Origin: Octopus sinensis
Lineage: Eukaryota
DNA length: 64,000 nt
Direction: 5' to 3'
Assembly (NCBI RefSeq): GCF_006345805.1
Contig: NC_042999.1
Location: forward strand, 139,872,001-139,936,000
Position 1 is the first letter of the stretch. Every line of letters starts with the position of its first letter. Of the stretch, positions 1 to 11,871 are shown one piece after another. The notes below the pieces were generated by a model. It was not told where the DNA came from, made no database searches, and saw nothing but the letters and a program-made list of their open reading frames with translations. The position numbers and the translations under genes were made by a program.

Positions 1-149
1 CACCTTACGTAATAATTATGTAATTAAACTGACTGAAACAGATATACCTCACTGAAACTATATTTTTAGGATTGATAAAATTAATAACAAAAGTGCCGAT
101 GTTCATGCAAAATAATAATAAAAAAAACAATTTTTACAATCACTTCAGT

Positions 150-582
150 AATCCACTTTTTCAATGCGGTCGTCGTCGGCATTAAATCATATCCAAGTAG
201 TTAATCTGTAGCGAGTGATTAGGCCTCTTTATCCTGATGGCTAGGAAGGGTGCCGATGCCCGAGTACCTGTTCAGGTATAGAAGGGCAATTATCGCAGAG
301 GATTGGTCGTCGGTGGGTGGGTGGGAGTCACTGTTTGCGTCTTCGACGTCTGATCTCTACCTCTTGATGCCTGTTATTTTCCATCTGGTTCGTTCCCTCG
401 ACGATGACATGCTGCCACTTGGGCGGTCCTTGGCGATTCTCTCCCAGGTATTTGGGTCAATGGAGCAGCGGAGGAGAGTAGCTTTAAGCTGGTTTCGGAA
501 ATGGTCTGGTGCTTGAGGCCAACTCCACAAAGAGGAATTGGCGGGTGAGGGGAATTTGAGGTATACGTATGAAGCGGAGGAG
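150..582 (-). mobile_element. Degenerate 3' end of an RTE/BovB-like LINE
   Basis: Minus-strand translation across frameshifts gives RQFLFVELASSTRP..FRNQLKATLLRCSIDPNTWERIAKDRP..WQHVIVEG..RRRRRKQ..LCDNCP. This matches the RTE C-terminal region and terminal Cys/His knuckle. Confidence 0.72.
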
Positions 583-2234
583 CAAATGTTTTTGTTTTGA
601 AACGTATTGCATCATAGACTCTATAAAAGTCAGAACTACAATTTTAACTTCGGGCTCATATTTTTAAAAATTAACTCTAAGGACACCAAACCTATACAGA
701 ATACAAATATATGAGACCAAAACCTACAAATTACTTAATGGTATATATACAACAAAGATATATTCTCTCAGTCACCCACGTTTATAATTGTAGAAGATAT
801 CACTCAAATCCTGCCATTTCTAAACATCAGCTCCAACCACTTAGTTGTTTCCAAACAATTAAATGAAAAGAAGCACATACCAGTTCCACTGCTTCCCTTA
901 CCAGCAAAATCAAATAAAAATATCCATCATACTCAATATCATAGATACACAGAAACAAAAATATCAGTAATTGTATGTAATGCCTCGAAGATATTTATAG
1001 TACAAATAGTAGACAGTCAAGAAAGCAAAATGCTGTGCAAACATTACTCAGAAGTTCTCTGCAGTCAAAGACCAGTAGATGTTCAACATTAACATCAACT
1101 GCATTCATCTCACCAGTCTATGAGCACCTGCAAACCTTATGACCACTACCTATTTGATTAGCCCTTAAAAAATTGTTCAACACTAATCCTGCAAGTAATA
1201 CATTAGATTAATCACAGATTTATAAAAATAGCAACATCAATAGCCTTATTATTGCGGAAGAGCATGCTGAGATGCACATCATGAATGGCAATGCAAAGGA
1301 ACAGCAACTGTCATGAGTCAATTGAGTTTACCTTGACTGTAGTTACTAGAACAGCTCGATTATGTCCATAAACCAATAAATGTCAGAGTGCACAGTATAG
1401 ACCTCAACTAGAGGCAGTAGAATGCACTTAGTGGCTTCAAAACAAAGAATATTTGTTATACACCGTTCTTAAGAGCCACAGACTGGTCATATAGTCTGTT
1501 TGAAATAACAAGAAAATCCCCCCAAATCACACAATATTATCTTACAAAATACTCAATAAATAATGCTGTTCTGAGCCTTCAGTTTAAAGGAAAACAACAG
1601 GTAGGTCATGTTTGGAATAACTCTGGTCATAGATCTGTCTTGATCAGGACTGACTTCGAGTTAAACAACAACAGTTACAGATATAAATCAAGTCCTCAAT
1701 CTAATCTGACATTTAGTCATTATTATATTGATTTCTAATATGGCTACAAAATCACTAATTTTATGAGAGAATATAGTTAATTGTTATAACACTGAAAAGA
1801 TAAAGTGCAAAGTTGATACTGGGGCGATTTGAACCTAGAATATAAGGAAACATAGCTTACATAACTCAAAGCATTTTGTCATAGGCTCTATTGATGAAAC
1901 CATCAACTGTCCTTTAATAATGATGTTTTCTTAACTCATGTACATTAAAAATGTATACTCTGTAGTTCTGGGTTAAAAGGAAAGCTTACTCCTTCAGCAC
2001 AGTACTGCATACTAAATAATTTACTCCATCAATAATATATTCAAAAGATCAATATTGATTGTAAAGTGTGACACATATATGATATACGATGGCTGCCTTT
2101 GGGACCTAGTAAACATCTGAATATACAGAACAAAATGTCAAGTTGGTCGCACAGGTTGATTTTTGCATGAAATTATTGACCATTGGTTCAAACACAACCA
2201 TAGTTATATTTTGTGACATGTAGAGCATGACTTT

Positions 2235-2828
2235 TAATACAGGTAGCATCATAGCAACTATTTGACAAGACATGTGATAACAAGCACTTCAAACATGACT
2301 GCACATCAGTGAAAAGCAAGGCATGCTCAGGCAGGCCATCCACAAACTGAAATGAGGAGCTGATTCAGAAGGTCTGGCAAATAGTCTGAAAGACCATTGT
2401 GTAACAAGCCAGGAAATTGCTCACAAAGTGAGGAACAAGCACAAGTTCGAGGCATTCCATTTTAACAAGATTTGTACAAGCACACAGTGTCAGCGAAATT
2501 CATCCCCAAAATGCAGAAGCATGGAAATCATTCAGGACATGCTGGAGTGTGCAAACCATGAAAACCATCATCACTGGTGATGAGACATGGGTTTATGGCC
2601 TCTGCTCGATGTATATAGTCATCTTTTGTGAAAACGAAAATCTGATGAGAGGATACTACATGGCAGTATTCTAAGCGCAACAGCTGGGAAATGACATGGT
2701 CTGACAGTGTGAAAATTTTCATGTATGCACAGAAAATGTGGTGTTACCTCCCATCCAGATGATTTTGCCCACATGACATTAGTTTTGGCAGGAAAAAATA
2801 AAGTTGGATACTTTTGGAATACACTTCA
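2235..2828 (+). mobile_element. Mariner (DD34D) transposon relic
   Basis: Fragments read SGRPS, SAKFIPK and KTIITGDETWVYG. A right TIR-like AAAGTTGGATACTTTTGGAATACACTTCA is followed by TA. Confidence 0.75.
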
Positions 2829-3462
2829 TATATATATATAAATATATATAGGCCTGCATTATCCACTGTGTAACTTTTTAATTATAAATTACTTGTTTAT
2901 AAGACTGATCTGTATATTTTGAGTAGGGTTAAAGGATATGGCTGCTTTTTCAGACAGGTAGAGATCCCACCATTAATCTGTACTATGTCTCATGACAATA
3001 AATGAGATCAAGTAAATTATAATGAAAGAATCTATTCAGAATAGTTTGCAGCTAATTAATTGCTGCTGTCCTGTATGACAAAGGGTATCATATTCTACTC
3101 TTGTATAAATAATAATCTTCTATTGCAAGAGATGATTTTATATAGATCAATTAGATGACAATTTTGTTCAGGTTAGTTTTGATTCATTCAGAAGTGTAAA
3201 ATAATGAAATGTGATGAAATGAGATAACATCTAAAATAGATTTAAGAGACACAATTTACATTCTATATAAGAAAGGTATAAAGGGAAAACAATTCATTTG
3301 TATAAAAAGAAGAAACAAACTTGTACTTATATAATTAAATCTGCACTTAGTAAGTATGTAGTTTTGAACAAATATTATAGATATGTCAGAGTTAAGATGC
3401 ACTAAGCAAACTGTGTCAATAAGAATCGTTTCATTAATATTAATAATGCAATGGGGAAAACG

Positions 3463-3667
3463 TTAACCCTTTAGCATTCAGATTTCTCTGACAAATATAA
3501 TGCTTATCTATGCATTGCCATACAGCTTTGAGATTTTAATGACATGATTATTTATGATTAGAATAATATTGTAGGTTACGTGTGAGACGACAGATCTGGC
3601 TAATTTGAAGATAAAGCAGGTAAATTATTTTAGCCAGATATGGCCAGTTTAAATACTAAAAGGTTAA
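3463..3667. mobile_element. TTAA-flanked MITE (piggyBac-like non-autonomous element)
   Basis: Termini TTAACCCTTTAGCATT and AATACTAAAAGGTTAA form imperfect TIRs that include TTAA; length about 205 bp. Confidence 0.72.
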
Positions 3668-4115
3668 ACATACTTCCCACCAAACTCATAATGCTCCATG
3701 TATTTGGAAACATCATTTTTAATTCTACTGACAAAATCAACATAGGAAAAACATTAAAAGAATCACTACTATCACTGTAACACAATAGTGTAGTTTGTAG
3801 TCACCTTTATCAGTATGCTACAATTAAAGTCTTCATGTAACTATACCCTACGAAATATTCTCAAGTTCATTGAACACACTACTCTAACCAACTTTCAGAA
3901 GCTTTTCCTATACACACATCATCCACATATGTCATTAAATGTCTATGTGGTGAAATTTCTCTAAGGTAAAATTTATAGCCAAATTCACAACCCACTTATG
4001 ATTCTATACTGGAACGGTTTTCTGGTGCCACTAATACTTTTGTAAAAGTCATGACCATTCCAACGCTACACACTCTTTGTTTTAGAGTGAATCGAAATTA
4101 TATGTACATGTAAAT

Positions 4116-6321
4116 GGACAGAGATTTAGGGACATATTACTTGAAGCCTCTGACGAAGTAGAAGGGGATAGAGCATCACAGGGGGTAGAAGACAGCTGGA
4201 CGTTTCTAAGGGACAACCTGCTGAGAGCCACTGACCAGATCTGTGGCTGGTGCAAAGTCCCCTCTCGACCTAGAATAACGTGGTGGTGGAACAATATTGT
4301 AGACAGGGCTATTAGAGAAAAGAGACAGGCTTGGAAGGTCTGGAAAAATGGGGGTAGCAGGGAATTGTATCAGACTGCCAAAAGAGAAGCTAGGAGACAG
4401 GTTTATTTAGCCAGAGGGGAAGCAGATAAGAAAAAATTTGCCAATGTTCTGCGCCGTGAGGACCAAAGACTGGAGGTGTTTCGTGTTGCAAGACAGTGTT
4501 TGAGAGAGAATCGTGATGTGGTAGGAGAGAAGTGTGTTCGCATGGAAGATGGTTCACTTGCGCTAAATGAGGATGCGAAGAGAGAGGTTTGGAGATGCCA
4601 CTATGAAAGGTTGCTGAATGAAGAAAATGAATGGGATAAAGAGAGTCTGCCGAATGTTGACCCAACAGAGGGACCAGCTATCCGAGTTGATAGTTCTGTG
4701 GTAGCTAAGGCAATTAGAAGCATGAAGACAGGGAAAGCCCCAGGCCCATCAGGAATCACTGCAGAGATGCTCAAAATGTCTGGTAGTGTCGGCTATAGCC
4801 TAGTCACCCATATAGTTAATCAGGTGATACACAAAGGGGTCATACCCAATGACTGGTGTAGCAGTATAATAGTCAACTGCTACAAAGGTAAAGGTGATGC
4901 CCTAGATACAAATAACTACAGAGGTATCAAGCTGTTGGACCAGGTGATGAAGGTTACGGAGAGGGTCATAGCCCAACTAATTAGAGAGAGAGTTAGTTTA
5001 GATGAGATGCAGTTTGGGTTTGTGCCAGGGAAAAGTACTACTGATGCTATATTCCTGGTAAGGCAGCTGCAGGAGAAATACCTAGCCAAAGATAAGCCCC
5101 TGTACCTGGCTTTTGTTGACATGGAGAAAGCCTTCGACAGGGTCCCCCGATCCCTTATCTGGTGGGCAATGAGAAAACTAGGGATAGATGAATGGTTAGT
5201 GAGAGCTGTGCGGGCCATGTATAGGGACGCCGCTAGTAGGGTGAGGGTTGGAAATGAGTACAGTGAAGAATTCCGGGTAGAGGTAGGGGTCCACCAAGGC
5301 TCAGTACTCAGCCCCCTCCTATTTATCATAGTCCTCCAGGCAATAACGGAGGAATTCAAGACAGGATGCCCTTGGGAGCTCCTCTATGCTGAGTCGCTAT
5401 CAGAACTGGAGGAGAAGTTTCAGGTGTGGAAACAAGGATTAGAATCGAAGGGCCTCAGAGTCAATCTAGCTAAAACCAAAGTCGTAATCAGTAGGAAGGT
5501 AGACAAATCACAAACACCTTCAGGTAGATGGCCCTGCTCGATCTGTAGAAAAAGGTGTAGGTAGAAACTCTATAAGATGCACCAAGTGTAAGCTATGGAC
5601 ACATAAGAGATGCAGCAATGTCAAAGGAAGGCTAACTAGGAAGATGGTTTTTGTATGTGGCAGATGCTCAGGAACAATAAACACTGAAAATGCTCTGAGA
5701 CCAACTTCCGTCACTTTCCAGGGAGAAAAACTAGAAATAGTTGATAGTTTCCGTTACCTAGGTGACCAAGTCAGCAGCGGGGGTGGGTGTGCTGAAAGTG
5801 TAACTGCTAGAGTAAGAATAGCTTGGGCAAAGTTCAGAGAGCTCTTACCTCTGCTGGTGACAAAAGGCCTCTCGCACAGAGTGAAAGGCAGACTGTATGA
5901 TGCGTGTGTACGAACAGCCATGCTACATGGCAGTGAAACATGGGCCGTGACTGCTGAGGATATGCGTAAGCTCGCTAGAAATGAAGCCAGTATGCTCCGA
6001 TGGATGTGTAATGCCGGTACTCACACTCGGCAGAGTGTAAGTACCTTGAGAGAAAAGCTGGACCTAAGAAGCATCAGTTGTGGTGTGCAAGAGAGACGTT
6101 TGCGCTGGTATGGTCATGTGGCGAGAATGGATGAAGATAGTTGTGTGAAAAAGTGCCACACCCTAGCGGTTGAGGGAACCTGTGGAAGAGGCAGACCCAG
6201 GAAAACCTGGGACGAGGTGGTGAAGCACGACCTTCGAACTTTAGGTCTCACTGAGGAAATGACTAGAGACCGAGACCTCTGGAAGTGTGCTGTGCGCGAG
6301 AAGACCCGGCAGGACAAGTGA
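4116..6321 (+). pseudogene. RTE reverse transcriptase ORF with embedded PHD-like finger; +1 frameshift at 5549-5553 and catalytic YADD lost
   Basis: RT motifs KAPGPSG, NYRGIKLL, QFGFVPGKST, FVDMEKAFDRV, GVHQGSVLSPLLF and FRYLG are present. The catalytic region reads ELLYAESL. An A5 run shifts the frame before GVGRNSIRC. Confidence 0.9.
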
Positions 6322-6393
6322 GTCCACAACCCGTGGCCTTCTACATGGGATGGAGCCAGCCTACGTATGCATACCTTCCCTTCTTGGGACACA

Positions 6394-6587
6394 AAACTCT
6401 ACTTGTGAAGACGTGTTGAGGCAAGTGAGGATCAGAATCGAAATCGATCAATGGAAATTGCGGATGTGCTACCAGTGCCGGTGGCATGTCGAAACTCTGC
6501 TTGTGAAGACCCATTGAGGCAAGTGAGGATCAGAATCGAAATCGATCAATGGAAATTGCAGATGTGTTACCAGTGCCGGTGGCATGT
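6394..6587 (+). repeat. 98-bp tandem duplication in the RTE 3'UTR
   Basis: AAACTCT..TTGTGAAGAC..GAGGCAAGTGAGGATCAGAATCGAAATCGATCAATGGAAATTGC..GGTGGCATGT starts at 6394 and again at 6492. Confidence 0.9.
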
Positions 6588-8197
6588 AAGAGAACTTTCC
6601 GTTTCGCGACCGTTGCCAGCACCGCCCCGTTTCGTGTCCGTTGCCAGCCTCGCCTGGCCCTCGTGCCGGTGGCACATAAAAAGCACCATCCGTTCGTGGC
6701 CGTTTGCCAGCTCTGTCTGGCACCAGTGCGGGTGGCACGTAAAAAGCACCCACTACACTCACGGAGTGGTTGGCGTTACGAAGGGCATCCAGCCGTAGAA
6801 ACACTGCCAGATTTGACTGGGCCTGATGAAGCCTTCTGGCTTCACAGACCCCAGTAGAACCGTCCAACCCATGCTAGCATGGAAAACGGACGCTAAATGA
6901 TGATGATGATGATGTAAAGTGCACATAAAACTGAGTGGTTCGCTATGCAGTTAAATGGAACAAGGGAGGTAAGTACGGATTTTAGTAAAATCCAGAAAAG
7001 GCTAATTTTAGGAATAACTAAAGAAAGTGGTAATAGCGAGATATTTTTTTATGCCAACGAAAATCATCGATGTGTTTTTTGTTTATTTATATAATTTTAC
7101 ACAGATATAAAGCTTCAGATTTAATAACGTTCAATAGTAGTCATTTGGCATTGCAAGCTTAGTTTCAAAGATTCCATGCCAGAAACACCTTCAACCAAGA
7201 ACATATACTTTCAACTATTCAATGGCACTGATCTGTACAAAAAACATTTGGATGCAATTACCAATCTTCTGTGGGTTGTTTTTTTTTTTTGTGTTTAAGA
7301 AATCCCACCACTAACAAAGAATTTTGAAAGCTCGTTTAACGACTTTTTCAGTAAAACAAGCAAAACCCACAGGGACGTTGGAGAAAAACAATAAAACGTA
7401 GAATGTCAAATACAAACGTACTGATCGGGAAAGTAAAAACAAAAGGTCGATATTTCTAAGCAATCATCAGAACCTTAATTCACCAGCTTGTTCTCAAAAT
7501 CTCTCTCGGAACAACTACTTTACTACAGTAGATCTAAATTTGTCGAATACAATCCCTAGCATCATACAGTAAAAAGGAAACAACTATAACAATACTAACA
7601 TCAAGCAATTAATTTTAAAATATATTTTCTCAAGTGTAGATGTTAACTCCATACAAGATTGAAAATCTCCATTAAGATTTTTGGGAAGATACTAAGAAGC
7701 GCAAGTTTATTGGCCAACCTACTAGAAATGTGAATAATCATCTCGTTTTTCACTCAAAATTTGCGTTTAATCTCGGGAATATTCCCTTTATTTTTTCAAT
7801 CTCATTTAGAATATTGTTGTTTAGCCTCTGTAGTCATACATGATATAATAAAGCTGATTGGGATGTTTAACTTTTATTTTTAATTCTCAATGCAACCCAA
7901 GAAGAGACTAACATTAATATATTATGATAAAACGAAATTCAGTAGCAGTGGAATATAAAGAACGAATATAGAACAATATAGTGAACAGCAAATAAACCTA
8001 ATATATTCTTAAATTTCCCAGCTTACGCAAATCTGTAGGGCATGATCGGTAAAATTTTACTATAGAATAATTCTTACCAATTCTGGCACATAGTGAAAGA
8101 AGGGGGAAAAACAACAACCAATATACAAATAGATACATATACACTCATGCATATATGTGTACATAGAAGTTATGAAGTGAGAAGCAGAACTTATCAG

Positions 8198-8220
8198 TAC
8201 CGTATTTCGGTATGTATAAA
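8198..8220. mobile_element. pogo-type terminal inverted repeat remnant
   Basis: TA + CCGTATTTCGGTATGTATAA resembles pogo-family termini. It lies about 65 bp downstream of the Brinker-type exon. No partner TIR was found. Confidence 0.5.
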
Positions 8221-8282
8221 CAGCATTTCTGCATAGCACTCAGCCATTCTTTCGCTTGCTTGTTATCATCAGCTGTATTTAC

Positions 8283-8444
8283 TTTCGGCAGTTTCTCGAG
8301 CTTATCTTTCTGCTTTCGCCATTCTCTGACCGATTTCTCATCGACAGTGAATTGTCGACCAGCAGCTCGGTTCCCATGTATTTCGGCATAAGCTATCACT
8401 TTTAACTTCTGTTTAGCAGAGAACGATTTTCGCGCACGACCCAT
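8283..8444 (-). CDS. Exon encoding a Brinker-type (pogo/POGK-like) HTH DNA-binding domain
   Basis: MGRARKSFSAKQKLKVIAYAEIHGNRAAGRQFTVDEKSVREWRKQKDKLEKLPK, 54 codons, then phase-0 donor AAA|GTAAAT. Confidence 0.68.
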
Positions 8445-9039
8445 GATAAACACTAAAGTCTGCCTTTGTTGCTTACACAGTTATCCAAACAGTTTGCAGC
8501 GCCACCTTATGATGCTAAATGAATTAACGATAACTCTCGACTTCAGTTCACTTTTCCCCCCTAATGTAGCTGAACTTGCAATTATAACTTGATACATTTT
8601 TTTTTACGAACTCGAATGATATAAAATGTTCCTTTACATGGAAAGTACTTTCGAGGCCAATACTTAAATTTTGCCTTAAGTAGGTAAATTTTTTTGCACA
8701 CAATCATGAAAACGAAAATTATTTCAACCAAATGTAAAATTCGTAAGGAAGTTGATTTACCGAAAATGTAAGAATTGTTCGTGCAACAGCGTGATGTTTT
8801 GGAAGGCAATTCAGTGAGAAAATAATAAGAGTTAGTTTCTCAATAAAATATAAAACATGAGAATTTCTTGAATATGTATGAGAAGTTGGGAATAATTGTC
8901 TCTATTCAACATTGTGTTCATTTCAAATGAGGCGTAAAACTCAGCTGAGAAAAGTTCTAAGGTTAAACCGAACAGAATAAACTTTTAAATATCTCATGTT
9001 ATCCTCGTTATTACAAGCCTTTAATTCTTAATTTGGGGA

Positions 9040-9610
9040 CATCTTGTGATTTATTTTCTAATGATGTAAGAGGAAATAATATCTATTTGGGACATGTTTA
9101 TCAAGAAGCGATCAATAAGATAAGCCTTTAATTTAGAGACAGAAATACATATACAAACATTAAGAGTCCGGGATAAGAACAAGAAATGACAGGAGGAAAA
9201 AAATATCCGTGATGCAAAAAGCATCAGAAAATTTTTGCCAATGTATCAACTACGTGTTTAGGATGGGATCCCTTCAAAAGAGTGACATAACATGTTTTTA
9301 AGTTAATATTACATCCCGCAATTTCTTTTTGCTTTTATGTTTGTGTCAATCTTTACTTTTCAGTTCAAGAGCTTGTATTACTTTCTCCCTGCAAGCGGTG
9401 CATGATTATGTGCTTTTTTCTCTCGGATATCCAACCACCAAGTGCGTTAAAAAGTGGAACTCCACGAAGAGTTACAGAACCATTACAGCTTTTGTACTCG
9501 CACCTGAAGTAATGATTCTGGTCCCGAGATCGTTGGTGTCGGTAGGTGTGTTCCCTAAAGGATAGTTTGCCCTTACCTTTCTAGGATTTGACAAATTTGT
9601 ATTCATCCAT
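9040..9610 (-). pseudogene. Degenerate FLYWCH-MULE transposase relic
   Basis: MDEYKFVKS*KGKGKLSFREHTYRHQRSRDQNHYFRCEYKSCNGSVTL..(frameshift)HNH. Downstream GKNFLMLFAS and TCPK fragments resemble the MULE core. Confidence 0.68.
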
Positions 9611-10559
9611 TATAGGCAAGACGATAATAAAAAACAAAACTTCGCTATTAACAAAAAAAAATAAACGGCCAAATCCTCCAGAGTCAACTAAAAACACTCT
9701 AACCCTTTATTTTAACGGTTACAGTTAAGTCAATAATTGTCAGCCGAATATCATTACAGGATTATGAAGTCAATTACCAATGAAAAAGTTCCAAGTTTGA
9801 ACCCTTTCCGAACAGTTTTGTCACTTTTTCAATCCCTAAACTATTTCCTTCTGAACATCATGTATGATGAAAAGTACTGGTGCATCAAATTCTATCGCAC
9901 ATATTAGAGGTTTAAATTAAACATAATAGTTAACATATCTAAATTCGAAGCTGAGCTATGAATAAGATTATAGTTTTTCGGACTATTATCCTCATCTTAA
10001 GAAATTAAATATTTTAAAAATCTTAATGCAGGAGAGTTATTATATTTAAAATTCTCTGACAGAAAGGGGTGTATAGATGCTTAAAAGACAAAACGAGGGG
10101 AAATATCTGAGGTATGCATCAGTTTACTCTTTATCTCTATAAGACCGATATGAAAGGTAAACAATAAATTAGTTGACAGTCTCTCGGCGGTAAAGCCTCC
10201 AGCATGACATCGGTGTTATAGAGTTAAACTATAAACTAACCGAAACGTTCCATTGATCAATTACATTGCTATCATTAGAACACAACACATCTCTCGTTGA
10301 AATCAGTGTTGTTATTTGGGAACAATTACCTTCAACATCAACTCATACCGATAAATATGTATGTACTGAGTGCTTTCTCAATGTTTTAAACTCATAACGC
10401 ATACATATATATGTGTGTGAATGTGCATTATAGTATGAGGTTAATCGCTGTTTACTGATGTTAGCTTATTAATATTTTATATTTGTAAACAAATGAAAGC
10501 GATCATACACAGTATAACTCTCATTTATTTCCACCACGTTTGAAATATAAACACTCTCT

Positions 10560-10640
10560 CCCCCACTCAAACTCGTGTGACGTCACGATAACTTAGCTTC
10601 ATCGACCAATGAAATTGAGGTAGAAATTTCAGGACGCCGA
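10560..10640. promoter_or_regulatory. CRE/ATF palindrome plus CCAAT box in a CpG-retaining patch
   Basis: GTGACGTCAC at 10577-10586 and CCAAT at 10606-10610. Confidence 0.45.
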
Positions 10641-10805
10641 CGACATATACACAACATTCGTTTTTGTATGTGTGTTAAGCTACTTAGTCGTTTTCATTAT
10701 CACAAAATAGATAGAGGAAAAGAGAAGAGAAACGAGAGGGGTAAAGAGTGAAAATTATATTAAAAAGAGGAAAAAAAACCAAGTTTTAATAGATAGTTTC
10801 TTTAC

Positions 10806-11046
10806 CCAAATAAAACGTCGGTAGATCATAAGGACTTTCCTTGCGGTTGTTCCAAAAGTGCCTGCTGCATACTCGATGGTCACGACTAATGTGCTTCACT
10901 TCATCGTAATTATTCGGATCATAACCAGCGCGTCGTATCCACTCATTTCTTAAACGGACATTTTTCCATGGTAGTCGGTAGAAGCTAATCGGCCCGCCTT
11001 TCTTCTGAATGGAGCGACAGCCTTTCACTATACAGTTAGCCGGCAT
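10806..11046 (-). CDS. First coding exon encoding a THAP zinc finger (THAP-A)
   Basis: MPANCIVKGC..FYRLP..W..RVCSRHF..LPTF has the C2CH THAP signature. 80 codons + 1 nt, then phase-1 donor TTG G|GTAAAG; read-through stops 5 codons later. Confidence 0.8.
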
Positions 11047-11059
11047 TGTGGCGAACAAT

Positions 11060-11240
11060 AAAGAAAAGAACTAGCGAGCCTCAGAATTGAAAATGAAGGC
11101 CAATTTGGCGATCTAGCACGGATTATTGTCACGTATCAGACGCTATCAAATACTAGCAAAAAACATATAATAAAGACACAATCTCATGTAGACCACCGCC
11201 TTCTACCGTCTACCCGCTTCTCATTGGTCTGTTGATAAAA
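11060..11240 (-). promoter_or_regulatory. Putative promoter and 5'UTR of the THAP-A exon
   Basis: CCAAT box on the minus strand at 11227-11223, GC/CpG-containing sequence, and no strong acceptor directly before the ATG. Confidence 0.45.
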
Positions 11241-11772
11241 GCTATTTGAATGGTTTAAAAACTCGATAACTCTCGTACTTTCACATTGATGTTTTGCTGT
11301 CACGTTGTTTTATTCTAAAATTACTATTTGGAATAATTAATCCTAATCCAACTAATAGTTGGTATTACCAAAATGTTTTAGTACAATAAACGTCTGCATA
11401 AATTTTAACTGTTCAATCTAATGGACGGCACTTTTGTCTGAACACAATCTTAAAGGGAGTGGAATAAAATAAGAAACATTAAGCTTTATTTTTTTTTTAC
11501 TGTTTTATTTGGATGCCCTTCCTATTGCCAATCTCTCAACAGTGAATAAGAAAGGAACAATAATAGTAAAATTTAAATAATTTCGTCAAAACTTGTGTTA
11601 GGTTATAAATTTGGATTTCTTATAAAAAGGAATGGCATAGTATGTGCAGTCTTAAAAATATATTTGTCTATTTCATATATTTATATTACTTTTGTTTTTC
11701 TTTTTTATATCTGCTTACTATGAAACAGAGATGTTGTAAGAGAATGAGAGCCTGCCCCCTCTTCCTGGATGC

Positions 11773-11871
11773 AAAATTTCCTCTGGCCTATCATACTTGT
11801 TAATTAAAAATTCCTCTGGTCTACCATACTTGTAAATTAAAAAATTTTCTGGCCTATCATACTTGTTAATT
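11773..11871. repeat. Three copies of a ~33-bp tandem unit
   Basis: AAAATTTCCTCTGGCCTATCATACTTGTTAATT repeated three times with few substitutions. Confidence 0.85.

Larger units (their letters stand above)
4115..6911 (+). mobile_element. Young 5'-truncated RTE-clade LINE with (GAT)n tail
   Basis: Long RT reading frame, about 590-bp 3'UTR and a TGATGATGATG tail. Candidate 7-bp TSD ATGTAAA at 4108-4114 and 6912-6918. Confidence 0.95.

Noticed and set aside
250-516. 88-aa plus-strand ORF
   Set aside because: It is the antisense shadow of the degenerate RTE C-terminus.
6287-6867. Several ORFs after the RTE stop codon
   Set aside because: They lie in the GC-richer 3'UTR and its tandem duplication, with no domain signature.
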